From Leptothrix ochracea (GTDB lineage Bacteria; Pseudomonadota; Gammaproteobacteria; Burkholderiales; Burkholderiaceae_C), in assembly GCF_041083635.1 (NCBI RefSeq), contig NZ_JBFPHB010000013.1, positions 19,529 through 83,528 on the forward strand: a stretch of 64,000 nucleotides of DNA. Reading direction: 5' to 3'. The notes beneath the pieces are model-generated. The model was not told the origin of the DNA. It did not search any database and saw only the letters and a program-made list of their open reading frames with translations. This document shows, one piece after another, positions 45,273 through 54,995 of the stretch (its first letter is position 1; each line of letters opens with the position of its first letter). The translations under genes were made by a program, and so were the position numbers.

Positions 45273-46148
45273 ATGTTTCATCCGACCTCCGTCGTTCAAA
45301 GTATTCATCGGCAGTCCGCCCGTGCCCAACCTTGGCACCGGCCCGGAGAAGCGACCGCCCGTGCGACGTTGCTGCGACTTCAAGACCATCAGCAGATCCG
45401 CGCCGCCGTGTTGGCACTGATCCTGACGCCAGGAAGTCGTTTGGAACATGCATGCTGGTCGGAAGAAACCGCGCAAGTCGCAACCGCCACGACCTTGCAT
45501 ACCCAAGCCACACGCCTCAGCCCCATGAGCCGCGTTCCCGTGCTGGAAGCCTTGCTCCGACATCTGGCCCGTGAACCCTCGCACAGCCGTTCACAAATCC
45601 GGCTCAGCGCCCGCCGCATCATGTGCGCCGACGGTCGGGTGGGCCCCTTGGATCGCCTGCACTGGCTTTTGATACGGCATCTCACGTACGCCGATGATCC
45701 GCCACGAACGTGCCTCGATGTGCCTTCGCGCTTGCCCATCATTGAGGGGGTGAAACGCATGGACTCGCACCAAAAAAAGGCTTGGGCCGAGTGGACGGCT
45801 TATCTGGCTCGCTTGGTGCCGCACCCGGAAACATCGGCCACCGGGGATATCCACGCCGCAGGTTTAGCGTGGTACCACCAAGTGATCGCGCAGATTTGGC
45901 CGCAACCGTTGAGCCGCCCGACGGCGTTTCAAACGCCGGACGTCGATCAACTGGTGAATGCCCTGTTCGAGCTTCAAGCGCTGTCGAAGAACTTGCGCCC
46001 ATTGATCGCCAAGACATGGCTCGACTGCCTGCCCACGAAACCGTCCGGCGACCCCGAGCTCAACCCCAATGCGGCCGAAGCCCTGCGCATCGCTTGTCGC
46101 CTGATCGATACCCCCCTGCCAACAGCGCTCGAAGCCGCCTTCATCTGA
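45273..46148 (+). CDS. Hypothetical protein with a TerB-like helical segment
   Basis: 291-aa ORF between lemA and rsmB; IMCADGRVGPLD resembles the TerB-like ADG motif. Confidence 0.55.
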   Translation: MFHPTSVVQSIHRQSARAQPWHRPGEATARATLLRLQDHQQIRAAVLALILTPGSRLEHACWSEETAQVATATTLHTQATRLSPMSRVPVLEALLRHLAREPSHSRSQIRLSARRIMCADGRVGPLDRLHWLLIRHLTYADDPPRTCLDVPSRLPIIEGVKRMDSHQKKAWAEWTAYLARLVPHPETSATGDIHAAGLAWYHQVIAQIWPQPLSRPTAFQTPDVDQLVNALFELQALSKNLRPLIAKTWLDCLPTKPSGDPELNPNAAEALRIACRLIDTPLPTALEAAFI

Positions 46149-46180
46149 GTCACCCTGGGTCTCCCCTTAGACTCGGGCGG

Positions 46181-47548
46181 GTGATTGCCAAAACCTCTAC
46201 CCCCCCTACCCCTGCCAACGGCCCAGCACTCTCCACGCTGCTGGATCAAGCTGCACGCCTTTTGCAGGCAGTTCGCTGCGGCCGCTCACTCACCGATGCG
46301 CTCCAAACCTGTCCAGCGGAGCTGCGCCCCGGGGCCCAGGCCCTGAGTTTTCACACCTTGCGTCACGCCGGTGGTGCCGAAGCCGTCCGCAACCGACTGG
46401 TGCCCAAAGCGCCGCCACCGGCCGTGGACAGCGTGCTGATCACCGCCTTGGCCTTGCTTTGGCCCAGCACCACACAGCCACAGCCCTACACCGATCACAC
46501 GCTGGTCGATCAAGCCGTCGAGTGCGTGCGCCAGCGCCAACCGGGGAGCGCGGGCTTTATCAATGCTGTCTTGCGCCGCTTCTTGCGCGAACGTCATCTG
46601 CTGGTGGCACAGCTTCAGGCCGAAGATCCCGTCGCTCGCTATCAACATCCCCGCTGGTGGATCGACAAAGTCCGACGTGACTGGCCCACCCATGCGACAG
46701 CCCTCCTTGAGGCCGCCAACGTCCAGCCGCCCATGACCTTGCGCGTCAATGCCCGGCATGGTGATGCCACCAGCTATGCCGAACAACTGGCCCATATCGG
46801 AATCACAGCGAAGATCGCCGGTTCGCATGCCTTGGTGCTCGACCAAGCCGTGCCAGTGCATCGTTTGCCTGGATTTGATCAAGGCCACGTCTCTGTCCAA
46901 GATCTTTCAGCCCAACTGGCGGCACCGCTGCTCTTGGGAGAAGGCGCTGATGCCCTTCCCGCAGGTGCACGGGTCTTGGACGCCTGTGCCGCACCCGGCG
47001 GCAAGACAGCACACCTGCTGGAACTCCAAACGCTGGACCTTCTCGCGTTGGATGTGGACCGGGAACGTTTGGTCAAAGTAGCGCAGACGCTCGCTCGCCA
47101 GAACCTGCACGCCACGCTGCAAGCTGGCGACGCAGCCGAACCGACCCCTTGGTGGGATGGCCGACTTTTCGATGCTATCTTGCTCGACGCGCCATGCAGC
47201 GCCTCGGGCATCGTGCGCCGACACCCCGATATCCGTTGGCTGCGTCGTCCCGCCGACATCACCACGCTGGTTCGGACCCAAGCTCGGTTGCTGGACACCC
47301 TATGGTCCCTCCTCGCACCGGGTGGGCGTCTGGTTTACGCCACATGCTCGCTGTTCAAAGCCGAAGGCGCCGATCAAATTGACGCTTTTTTGCAACGGAC
47401 CCCCCACGCAATCCGGCGGCCGGCCCCCGGACACCGACTGCCACTCGGTGAGAATGTCAGTGGGTCCGTGAAAAATTGTTCAGAAGCCGGTGACGGTTTC
47501 TATTACGCGCGGCTCGACAAACCCGGCGCCGCCGGCCCTTCGATCTGA
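46181..47548 (+). CDS. rsmB: 16S rRNA m5C967 methyltransferase (start uncertain)
   Basis: SVQD, LDACAAPGGKT, LLDAPCSASG, YATCS. Confidence 0.93.
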   Translation: MIAKTSTPPTPANGPALSTLLDQAARLLQAVRCGRSLTDALQTCPAELRPGAQALSFHTLRHAGGAEAVRNRLVPKAPPPAVDSVLITALALLWPSTTQPQPYTDHTLVDQAVECVRQRQPGSAGFINAVLRRFLRERHLLVAQLQAEDPVARYQHPRWWIDKVRRDWPTHATALLEAANVQPPMTLRVNARHGDATSYAEQLAHIGITAKIAGSHALVLDQAVPVHRLPGFDQGHVSVQDLSAQLAAPLLLGEGADALPAGARVLDACAAPGGKTAHLLELQTLDLLALDVDRERLVKVAQTLARQNLHATLQAGDAAEPTPWWDGRLFDAILLDAPCSASGIVRRHPDIRWLRRPADITTLVRTQARLLDTLWSLLAPGGRLVYATCSLFKAEGADQIDAFLQRTPHAIRRPAPGHRLPLGENVSGSVKNCSEAGDGFYYARLDKPGAAGPSI

Positions 47549-47624
47549 TGATGCCTTTCACGTGCCCGCGAGCCCCGAGCCTTCTTGGACCGAGCGCCGA
47601 GCCAGCCCTCATCGGCGCGGGCTC

Positions 47625-48194
47625 ATGGTCGGTTTCGTCTTGTGCGTATGGATCGGACTGACCTTGGGACTTCTGGGTGCGCCAGCACCTGCGCAAGCCC
47701 GCTCAGAAGCCATCGAACTCCAGCACATCGAAGCGCACCGGCAAGACGGCAATCTTGATGTGAGCTTTGACACCCGCTTTGAATTAGCCCCCAGCGTGGA
47801 AGAGGCGCTGCAGAAAGGGGTGTCGCTGTACTTCGTGGCCGAAGCGGAGGTGCAACTCTCCCGCTGGTACTGGTTTGATCGCACCTTGCTCAAAGCGCGG
47901 CGGGTATGGCGTCTGAGTTATCAACCGCTCACCATGAACTACCGCGTTCATCTTGGCGGTTTATCGCAGACCTATGCGACTTTGGCGGAGGCCTTGAAAA
48001 CACTGCAACGCAGTAAAAACTGGCGCCTCAATGAACCCCCTATGCTGGTGGACGAGGGTCCGCTGAATATCGAGTTTTCTTACCGCCTTGATGCCACCCA
48101 ACTTCCGCGGCCCTTGCAACTCAGCATCGGCGCGCAACGCGAATGGCACCTCCACGTCCAACGCAGCTTGGATGTGGGGCCTTCACCCCACTGA
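47625..48194 (+). CDS. DUF4390 domain protein (start uncertain, could be 47490)
   Basis: EEALQKGVSLYF, RWYWFD, LSYQPLT, LPRPLQ. Confidence 0.85.
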   Translation: MVGFVLCVWIGLTLGLLGAPAPAQARSEAIELQHIEAHRQDGNLDVSFDTRFELAPSVEEALQKGVSLYFVAEAEVQLSRWYWFDRTLLKARRVWRLSYQPLTMNYRVHLGGLSQTYATLAEALKTLQRSKNWRLNEPPMLVDEGPLNIEFSYRLDATQLPRPLQLSIGAQREWHLHVQRSLDVGPSPH

Positions 48195-48224
48195 TCGGGT
48201 TTTCCAACCTTGTTCTTTCTGCCC

Positions 48225-50567
48225 ATGATGCCCATCCGCTCGACACGCTGGATCGGGTTGATGGTGCTGGGTGCCACGCTGACTGCGGCACTGGCATTGA
48301 TCTTCCTGCTGACCATCGCCACTCAGAATCTAGCCCGTTACGAACGCCACTTCGACTGGCTCCTCACGATCAATATCAGCGTGGCCGCCATCCTTGGTGT
48401 GGCGGTTGTCATCACGGGGGTACGTCTGATAAGGCGGGTACGCAAGGGGCAATTCGGCAGCCGCCTGCTGCTGAAGCTGGCCGCCACCTTCGCCTTGGTG
48501 GGTGCGGTTCCAGGCACCCTGATTTATCTAGTGTCCTATCAGTTCGTCTCCCGCAGCATCGAGAGCTGGTTTGACGTCGAGATTGAACAGGCCTTGGAGT
48601 CTGGACTCAGCCTTGGCCGCACCAGCTTGCAGGTTCTCAGCAGTGGCTTGGCCAACAAAACACGCCTAGCCACCGATCGCTTGGCCGAGATGCCGGCATC
48701 GCAGCAAGTGATTTCCTTGGAGCGCATACGAGAACAACTGGGGGCCGACGACGTGATGCTTTTGTCGGACAACGGTCAGGTTTTGGCCTCCGCCCATGGG
48801 TCGCTCGAACATCACGTCACCCCTCCACGCCCCACGCCCAGCCAGATGCGCCAAGCCCAGTCGCTACGCGTCCAAACCAGTGTGGAGGGGCTGGAGGAAC
48901 ACGACCCCGACAATGCAACAGGCCTCCAACCCGCGCCAGTGCGTGCACGCATTCAAGCCTTGGCATGGATTGCGTCGAGCACCTTTGCTCTGGACGACAG
49001 CCATGAACGCTATTTGCAAGTGACGCAGCAAATTCCGGTGGAACTGGCGACCAATGCCCTGGCGGTAGCCTCCGCCTACAAGGAATATCAGCAGCGCATG
49101 CTGGGGCGGATGGGGCTGCGCAAGATGTACATCGGCACCCTGACGCTCACCCTGATCTTGGCGCTGTTTTGTGCCTTGCTGATGGCCGCTGCCTTGGGCC
49201 AACAACTGGCGCGACCCTTGCTGCTCTTGGCCGAGGGCGTCAACCAAGTGGCCCAAGGTGACCTACGCCCCAAGGCCGTCTTTGCTTCACGTGATGAGCT
49301 TGGCGGTCTGACACGTTCGTTCGCGCTCATGACGGAACAACTCGATGATGCACGCACGCAGCTTCACACCAGCCTGACTGAACTGGAAAGCGCTCGCACG
49401 CATTTGCAAACCATTCTCGACAATCTCACAGCAGGTGTGATCGTCTTCGATCTGGAAGGACACATCGATACAGTCAACCCGGGTGCCTTGCGTATCCTGC
49501 GCGCTCCAACGGGATCAACGTGGCGCGGGCAACGGCTCGACCACATCCCCGGACTCGCCGGACTCGCCCATGCCATCGAACACCATTTCACCGCCCACGC
49601 CCACACTCATGACCCTGACAGCACCGACCCCGATCACTGGCAGGACTCGCTGGAGCTTCAATCTCAAGCCGAGCACGATGTGCTGACGCTGCTTGTTCGC
49701 GGCGCTTCCTTGCCCAGCAAAACTCGGCTGATCGTTTTCGATGACATCAGCGACGTCGTCTCGGCCCAACGCAGCGTGGCATGGGCCGAAGTGGCCCGCC
49801 GTCTGGCCCACGAAATCAAGAATCCCCTGACCCCCATTCAACTGTCGGCGGAGCGCATTCAGCACAAGCTGGAAAACCGCCTTGAAGGCACGGATCGACA
49901 GTTGCTGGTGAAGTCAGTTGCCACCATCGTGGCGCAAGTCCAGTCCATGAAACAACTGGTCAACGAGTTCCGCGACTACTCCCGCCTGCCCTCCGCCAAT
50001 CTGACCCCCCTCGACTTGAATGCGTTGGTGGCAGAAGTCTTGGGGCTGTACGGCAACGCCCTCGAAACGGGCTTGCTGCGCGCAGAAACCACCCCGGATC
50101 TACCCACCATCCAAGGCGACACCACCCAACTTCGTCAAGTCATCCATAACTTGGTGCAAAACGCCTTGGACGCCGTGGCCCAACGGAACGAGGGCCGTGT
50201 CATGGTTCGCACGGAGATCGTCAACGATGAGCATGGCGCAGTTCGATCGGTGCGACTCAAGGTCATCGACAACGGCCCAGGCTTCACCGACAAGGTGCTC
50301 AAACGCGCTTTTGAGCCTTACGTCACCACAAAACCCAAGGGCACGGGACTCGGTCTGGCGGTGGTCAAGAAAATCGCCGAAGAACATGGGGCACGTGTAA
50401 GAATTCAAAATCTTGGTGACGAGATAGGTACTTTTGGTGGCGAATTCACGGGAAATGGCGCCCAAGTTTCGATAACATTTGTTCGTTCGGTCCTCGGTGC
50501 ACCTGCTTCGAAAGAGACCTCGCCTCCTAACCCTGCAACCATGATTACCGGCCCACGGGCTTCCTGA
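48225..50567 (+). CDS. NtrY-family sensor histidine kinase (PlrS/EsaS-like)
   Basis: TM helices, SIESWFD, HAMP, PAS, RRLAHEIKNPLTPIQLSAE, GTGLGL. Confidence 0.9.
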   Translation: MMPIRSTRWIGLMVLGATLTAALALIFLLTIATQNLARYERHFDWLLTINISVAAILGVAVVITGVRLIRRVRKGQFGSRLLLKLAATFALVGAVPGTLIYLVSYQFVSRSIESWFDVEIEQALESGLSLGRTSLQVLSSGLANKTRLATDRLAEMPASQQVISLERIREQLGADDVMLLSDNGQVLASAHGSLEHHVTPPRPTPSQMRQAQSLRVQTSVEGLEEHDPDNATGLQPAPVRARIQALAWIASSTFALDDSHERYLQVTQQIPVELATNALAVASAYKEYQQRMLGRMGLRKMYIGTLTLTLILALFCALLMAAALGQQLARPLLLLAEGVNQVAQGDLRPKAVFASRDELGGLTRSFALMTEQLDDARTQLHTSLTELESARTHLQTILDNLTAGVIVFDLEGHIDTVNPGALRILRAPTGSTWRGQRLDHIPGLAGLAHAIEHHFTAHAHTHDPDSTDPDHWQDSLELQSQAEHDVLTLLVRGASLPSKTRLIVFDDISDVVSAQRSVAWAEVARRLAHEIKNPLTPIQLSAERIQHKLENRLEGTDRQLLVKSVATIVAQVQSMKQLVNEFRDYSRLPSANLTPLDLNALVAEVLGLYGNALETGLLRAETTPDLPTIQGDTTQLRQVIHNLVQNALDAVAQRNEGRVMVRTEIVNDEHGAVRSVRLKVIDNGPGFTDKVLKRAFEPYVTTKPKGTGLGLAVVKKIAEEHGARVRIQNLGDEIGTFGGEFTGNGAQVSITFVRSVLGAPASKETSPPNPATMITGPRAS

Positions 50568-50572
50568 AATCC

Positions 50573-51415
50573 ATGGCCACTATTCTTGTCGTCGATGATG
50601 AACTGGGCATCCGTGCCCTGCTGTACGAAATCCTCACGGACGAGGGGCATGCCGTAGAGCTGGCTGAGAACGCCGCCCAAGCGCGCACGATCCGGGAGCT
50701 CAAACGGCCTGACTTGGTGCTGCTCGACATCTGGATGCCCGATGTCGATGGCATCACACTTCTCAAGGAATGGGGCGCGGGTCCCTCGCCGCTCAACATG
50801 CCCGTGATCATGATGTCAGGACACGGCACGATCGATACAGCGGTCGAAGCCACCAAATATGGTGCGATTGCTTTTCTTGAAAAGCCCATCACGCTGCAAA
50901 AACTCTTGCGGGCCGTCGAGCACAGCTTGGCCAAAGCCAGCCAGAAAGCCGCTGTACCGTCACCCGCTGCGTCGAGCGTGACAACCCCAACGGCGGCCGG
51001 ATCCAGTGGTTCCGCAACGCCCAACTATTCGACCCCCTTCCACGCAGCCGAACGGGCCACAGGCCTCGGCGGGGCTGAAGGGACAAGCCACGCCGCAACC
51101 TCACCCCAGCCTATGCCCGCCCTCTCCGGCGCAGGGAACATCCATGCGGCGGCGCAACTGGAAAGCTTGAATGAAGCCATCCCCTTAGCCGTAAGCAGCA
51201 CAGGCCCGGCCTACGAACAGCGCTTCGTGCTCAACAAGCCCCTGCGTGAGGCCCGTGATGCCTTTGAAAAGGCCTATTTCGAATTTCACTTGGCCACCGA
51301 AAACGGCAGCATGACCCGCGTTGCCGAGCGCACCGGCCTAGAGCGCACGCATCTTTATCGCAAGCTCAAGCAGCTCGGGGTGGACCTCTCCCGCAGTCGC
51401 CGGAGTGGTCACTGA
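50573..51415 (+). CDS. NtrX-like response regulator lacking the AAA+ domain (PlrR/EsaR-like)
   Basis: REC domain (DIWMPD), low-complexity linker, Fis HTH ERTHLYRKLK. Confidence 0.88.
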   Translation: MATILVVDDELGIRALLYEILTDEGHAVELAENAAQARTIRELKRPDLVLLDIWMPDVDGITLLKEWGAGPSPLNMPVIMMSGHGTIDTAVEATKYGAIAFLEKPITLQKLLRAVEHSLAKASQKAAVPSPAASSVTTPTAAGSSGSATPNYSTPFHAAERATGLGGAEGTSHAATSPQPMPALSGAGNIHAAAQLESLNEAIPLAVSSTGPAYEQRFVLNKPLREARDAFEKAYFEFHLATENGSMTRVAERTGLERTHLYRKLKQLGVDLSRSRRSGH

Positions 51416-51487
51416 GCATTTTTTTCATACCTGCTGAGAAATTTCGGTAAATCGTAAAAATTCGGGCTACAATTCCGCCTCTGTTTT

Positions 51488-51563
51488 GGCCAAGTAGCTC
51501 AGTCGGTAGAGCAGCGGATTGAAAATCCGCGTGTCGGTGGTTCGATTCCGCCCTTGGCCACCA
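51488..51563 (+). tRNA. tRNA-Phe (GAA)
   Basis: 76 nt GGCCAAG..CTTGGCCACCA, anticodon loop TTGAAAA, T-loop GTTCGATT, encoded CCA. Confidence 0.97.
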
Positions 51564-51570
51564 AAATCAA

Positions 51571-51604
51571 GCAAAACGCCAATCCTCCGGGGTTGGCGTT
51601 TTGC
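51571..51604 (+). terminator. Intrinsic terminator after tRNA-Phe
   Basis: GCAAAACGCCAA..TTGGCGTTTTGC hairpin followed by T-rich sequence. Confidence 0.8.
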
Positions 51605-51639
51605 TTTGTGCAAAGCCATGGAGTTCTTCGAACCGAGCC

Positions 51640-52056
51640 ATGAGATCCTCGATTCACATCGTCGATGTTGATCGACTGGAAACTTGGACCCGCTATCGGC
51701 AGGGTCTGTGCGACAGCTGCGCGGCCAACTGCTGCACCATGCCGGTCGAGATCCGGCTCGCTGACCTCGTGCGCTTGGGGCTGGTCGATCCCTTTGAAGC
51801 TGAACACGAAGAACCTCGCCTCATCGCTAGGCGTCTGGTCAAGTCTCGACAGGTCGAGCGCTACAACCACAAAGATGGCCTCTTCACCATGGCCCGGCGC
51901 GCCAACGGCGATTGCCAGTTTCTTGACGCCCAAACCCGCCGTTGCACGGTCTACGAGCAGCGCCCCAACACGTGCCGCAAGCATCCTCAGGTGGGACCCA
52001 AGCCGGGGTACTGCCCTTACGGCGCCCGAGTCAAGTCGCTGACACCTTCCGCGTAA
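51640..52056 (+). CDS. YkgJ-family cysteine cluster (CxxCxxxCC) protein
   Basis: LCDSCAANCC, DCQFL, RCTVYEQRPNTCR. Confidence 0.85.
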   Translation: MRSSIHIVDVDRLETWTRYRQGLCDSCAANCCTMPVEIRLADLVRLGLVDPFEAEHEEPRLIARRLVKSRQVERYNHKDGLFTMARRANGDCQFLDAQTRRCTVYEQRPNTCRKHPQVGPKPGYCPYGARVKSLTPSA

Positions 52057-52676
52057 AGTTGAATCGAGAGGCTTCGATCGGCATCGAATTCAAAGTGCAG
52101 GCGAGATGGAAGCAGTCCGAGGTGATGTGCCTGCACGGCAAGCGCCAAGAGTTGCTCAATTTGAGGGCGGACCGTCTCATCGGGTCGCGGATCACAAACA
52201 AGGTCATCAGCCGCTGACGGCTGGATGCAATCGATGCGATAAGGCAGGCTTATCGCCAGATCTCGGTGGCTTTGGGCGAGTTGCTGACCCAAGGCTTGGA
52301 CCCGTGCTACGCGCTGCTGCGCCTCCACATACGCCCGGTAAGCAAGCTCACCGGACATGCCCATGCCGGTGAGGTGCGACGGCGGCCGAAACACGGCGAC
52401 CGGCACAACATCTTCTGCACGCAAGATCACAGGCGCTGAGGCCACCGGAGGGGGTACAGGAACAACGGGCCCCGCACGAGTCCGCCGCCCCCTCATCCGC
52501 GGACGTGGTGGCAGGGGAGCCGGCATCCGTACAGCACGCACGACCCTCGTTTTAAACACACCATGCCTCAAAGACACCGAGGGAGAAGAGGTGAAAAAGG
52601 GCTGATGCATCAGCATGGCAGCATGCAGCGCCACGCTGATCAGCCCGGCAAAGACGACGCAGCGTACTTGCAGCAC
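52017..52676 (-). CDS. Hypothetical membrane-anchored Pro-rich protein (TonB/TolA-like architecture)
   Basis: GTG start with GAGGA SD; TM with SVALH (S-x3-H); Pro/Arg-rich linker; globular tail with 2 Cys. Confidence 0.55.
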   Translation of the reverse strand: MLQVRCVVFAGLISVALHAAMLMHQPFFTSSPSVSLRHGVFKTRVVRAVRMPAPLPPRPRMRGRRTRAGPVVPVPPPVASAPVILRAEDVVPVAVFRPPSHLTGMGMSGELAYRAYVEAQQRVARVQALGQQLAQSHRDLAISLPYRIDCIQPSAADDLVCDPRPDETVRPQIEQLLALAVQAHHLGLLPSRLHFEFDADRSLSIQLYAEGVSDLTRAP

Positions 52677-52691
52677 GCGGTCCTCACGGAC

Positions 52692-54989
52692 TCACTGAAT
52701 CACACCATGGATGACGCCAAAGCCACCGCTGACACTGGGCTGAGAGCCGATGTAGAAGGGATCGGCGGCACTGCTTGGGTCATGCAGGCTGGCGGCTGAG
52801 GGCAACGTCTGCGGGTTCAACGCCAGCCCGGCACAAGCACTCGGCGTGGTCTTGCCCAGACGAACTTCCGCGTTCAGTGCCTTCACGATCAGCGGCGTGC
52901 TGGCAGCACCCGCCATGCCCGGCAAAGTCATCGTGGCGCCGTCCGTCAACGCAAAGACCGGCACAAAACGCACGTTGCCGCCATCACAGGGGGCCGGCTG
53001 GTTATCCACCGGATTCACACAACTCCCGGGAATGCCAAACAGGTTGCCAAAACCGTTGAACTGCAACTGAATGGTTTTGCCCACCCAAACCCCGGTGGGG
53101 TCATCCGTGGCACTGATTGGGTACTGGATGTTGCGTGGCGGGTCGAAACTCATCACTTGGGCATTGCTGGTGCGCGTCAGCCATGTGGATTGATTCCACG
53201 ACTGCACACCCGTTTCCCACGTGTAGTACGTGGCGGGTGCTTGCGGTTCACAAACCGTTGCCGACATACCCATGTAGGGCGGTGTGCATGACGTCAGCGG
53301 TGCGGTGAACAACCGACCCGTCATCACGCCCCCCATGTATTGGGACGAGAAGTGACTGGGGTTGGTGTCCGTCACCGGAGCCCCCGACTCTTTCAGACCC
53401 GAGCCGTCAAAGGTGTAATGCACCGACTGCGCACCGTACATCCACTGCTGCCCGGTACCGCTGCCAAAAGGCCCATTCATGCCGGTGAACGCAGCCAGCG
53501 AGGCAGCCGTGGGGCAATTGCTCATGCAGTAAAAATCGGTGGGGGCACCGGCACTGCCAGGCAACACTACGTTTTGGGTGTAGTACGTCACCGCATCCGT
53601 CCCCACATGGGCCACGCCGGTCGAAGGCACGTTCACATTGCCACCCACCGCATCCGACCACCCCGAAAGCGGCATACCCGCCAAGGCAGCCGCGCCGATC
53701 TTGGCAGCTGGAGTGACCGAGGCCACCACACACCCCGTGGGGTTGCAACTCTGCTTGCCCGTCACATAAACCGCCGCAGTGGTTTTGTCCCAATGGGCCT
53801 GCCATGTGTTGAAGCCTGTGACCGACGGGTTATCCGTCAGGCTGGCTTGCGGGTTCGTGGGATCACTCAGGTTGCCCCAGAAAAACATCGGGATACCGTC
53901 CACCGCATCCAGCGTGGTGCTGCCTTGACTCCACTGTGTCAGCTTACCGCTGACCTTGGAGAGGCTGTAGACGTTGGTGTTGTTGGGGCGCTGATCGGTG
54001 ATGGTGTAGCCGTTGACCAAGCCGTCGGGCAAAGCCCCCAGATCCACCCCTTGGAGGTTGAGTCCCCAGTAGCCGGCATAACCGTAGACCTTGCTGCCGT
54101 CAGCCGTCTTGGTCGCCACGATCGGAAAGCCTGGATGGACCGTATCGACCCGCGCACCCGTGACAGCGTCGTACGTGCCGTAGCTCCATACGGATTTGTT
54201 CGCCTGAGCGATGGAACGGTTGAAACACACATCGTTGGCGGTGTCGCTGCGCCGAAAGAGCGCACTGTCATAGGCGAAATCAAAACTTGTGCCATTGACC
54301 GCCATGGTCCCAGCACCCGACGTGGTGGACGCCGCCGCCATGGTCAAACCGTTAACCCGCAAAGGATTGCCCGGCTCGGTGTTGCGCTCGAAGTAACTGA
54401 TGGCCCCGGCGGACGAGTCGATAAAGCCATTGAACATTTGCAGCCCACCCGACTGACCCGCGTAGTCGAGGCGAAACACCCCATACGGCGGCACATCGGT
54501 CGGCGACTGGCTGGCCGCAACACGCACATCCACCGTCACGGGCATGCCGTTGCCGTTGTTGAAGCTCAACCAAACCTTGGCGATCATCGGCGCGCTGTTG
54601 CTGGCCCGAGAAACGTTGACCACCGCATTCATATAGGACGGCGTGGCCTCGGCTGCCGAAGACGTTGCCGTGGAGTTGCTGGCGTTGGCACGCTTGGACG
54701 AGTCGCACTTGTTCTGATCCACCAAAGCGCTGTAGAGCACACTCACACTGCCATCGGCAGCAGCAGTGCCCTTTTGGTCCAGCATCTCGGCTGGGCGCAT
54801 CGCGTTCATGATGCAAAGCACCATGTTGAGCTGATTGACCCCATCCGAGGTGGCGTCTTGGACATAGACGTTTTGGGGATCGGTGTAGTACGGCGAGGCG
54901 GTATCGGCAGGTGCCGCCATCAAGGGCGAGGCCAGCCCCAACAAAGCCACCGCAGACGCCACACGGGTAAGACGCAGCTTCATGATCAT
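52692..54989 (-). CDS. Large secreted Cys-rich hypothetical protein (765 aa)
   Basis: Sec signal MIMKLRLTRVASAVALLGLASPLMA; 12 Cys; beta-strand-rich T/S/G/N composition. Confidence 0.85.
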   Translation of the reverse strand: MIMKLRLTRVASAVALLGLASPLMAAPADTASPYYTDPQNVYVQDATSDGVNQLNMVLCIMNAMRPAEMLDQKGTAAADGSVSVLYSALVDQNKCDSSKRANASNSTATSSAAEATPSYMNAVVNVSRASNSAPMIAKVWLSFNNGNGMPVTVDVRVAASQSPTDVPPYGVFRLDYAGQSGGLQMFNGFIDSSAGAISYFERNTEPGNPLRVNGLTMAAASTTSGAGTMAVNGTSFDFAYDSALFRRSDTANDVCFNRSIAQANKSVWSYGTYDAVTGARVDTVHPGFPIVATKTADGSKVYGYAGYWGLNLQGVDLGALPDGLVNGYTITDQRPNNTNVYSLSKVSGKLTQWSQGSTTLDAVDGIPMFFWGNLSDPTNPQASLTDNPSVTGFNTWQAHWDKTTAAVYVTGKQSCNPTGCVVASVTPAAKIGAAALAGMPLSGWSDAVGGNVNVPSTGVAHVGTDAVTYYTQNVVLPGSAGAPTDFYCMSNCPTAASLAAFTGMNGPFGSGTGQQWMYGAQSVHYTFDGSGLKESGAPVTDTNPSHFSSQYMGGVMTGRLFTAPLTSCTPPYMGMSATVCEPQAPATYYTWETGVQSWNQSTWLTRTSNAQVMSFDPPRNIQYPISATDDPTGVWVGKTIQLQFNGFGNLFGIPGSCVNPVDNQPAPCDGGNVRFVPVFALTDGATMTLPGMAGAASTPLIVKALNAEVRLGKTTPSACAGLALNPQTLPSAASLHDPSSAADPFYIGSQPSVSGGFGVIHGVIQ

Positions 54990-54995
54990 GCCCCT

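Noticed and set aside
52692-54989. Multiheme cytochrome call for the Cys-rich protein
   Set aside because: No CxxCH motif among its 12 Cys
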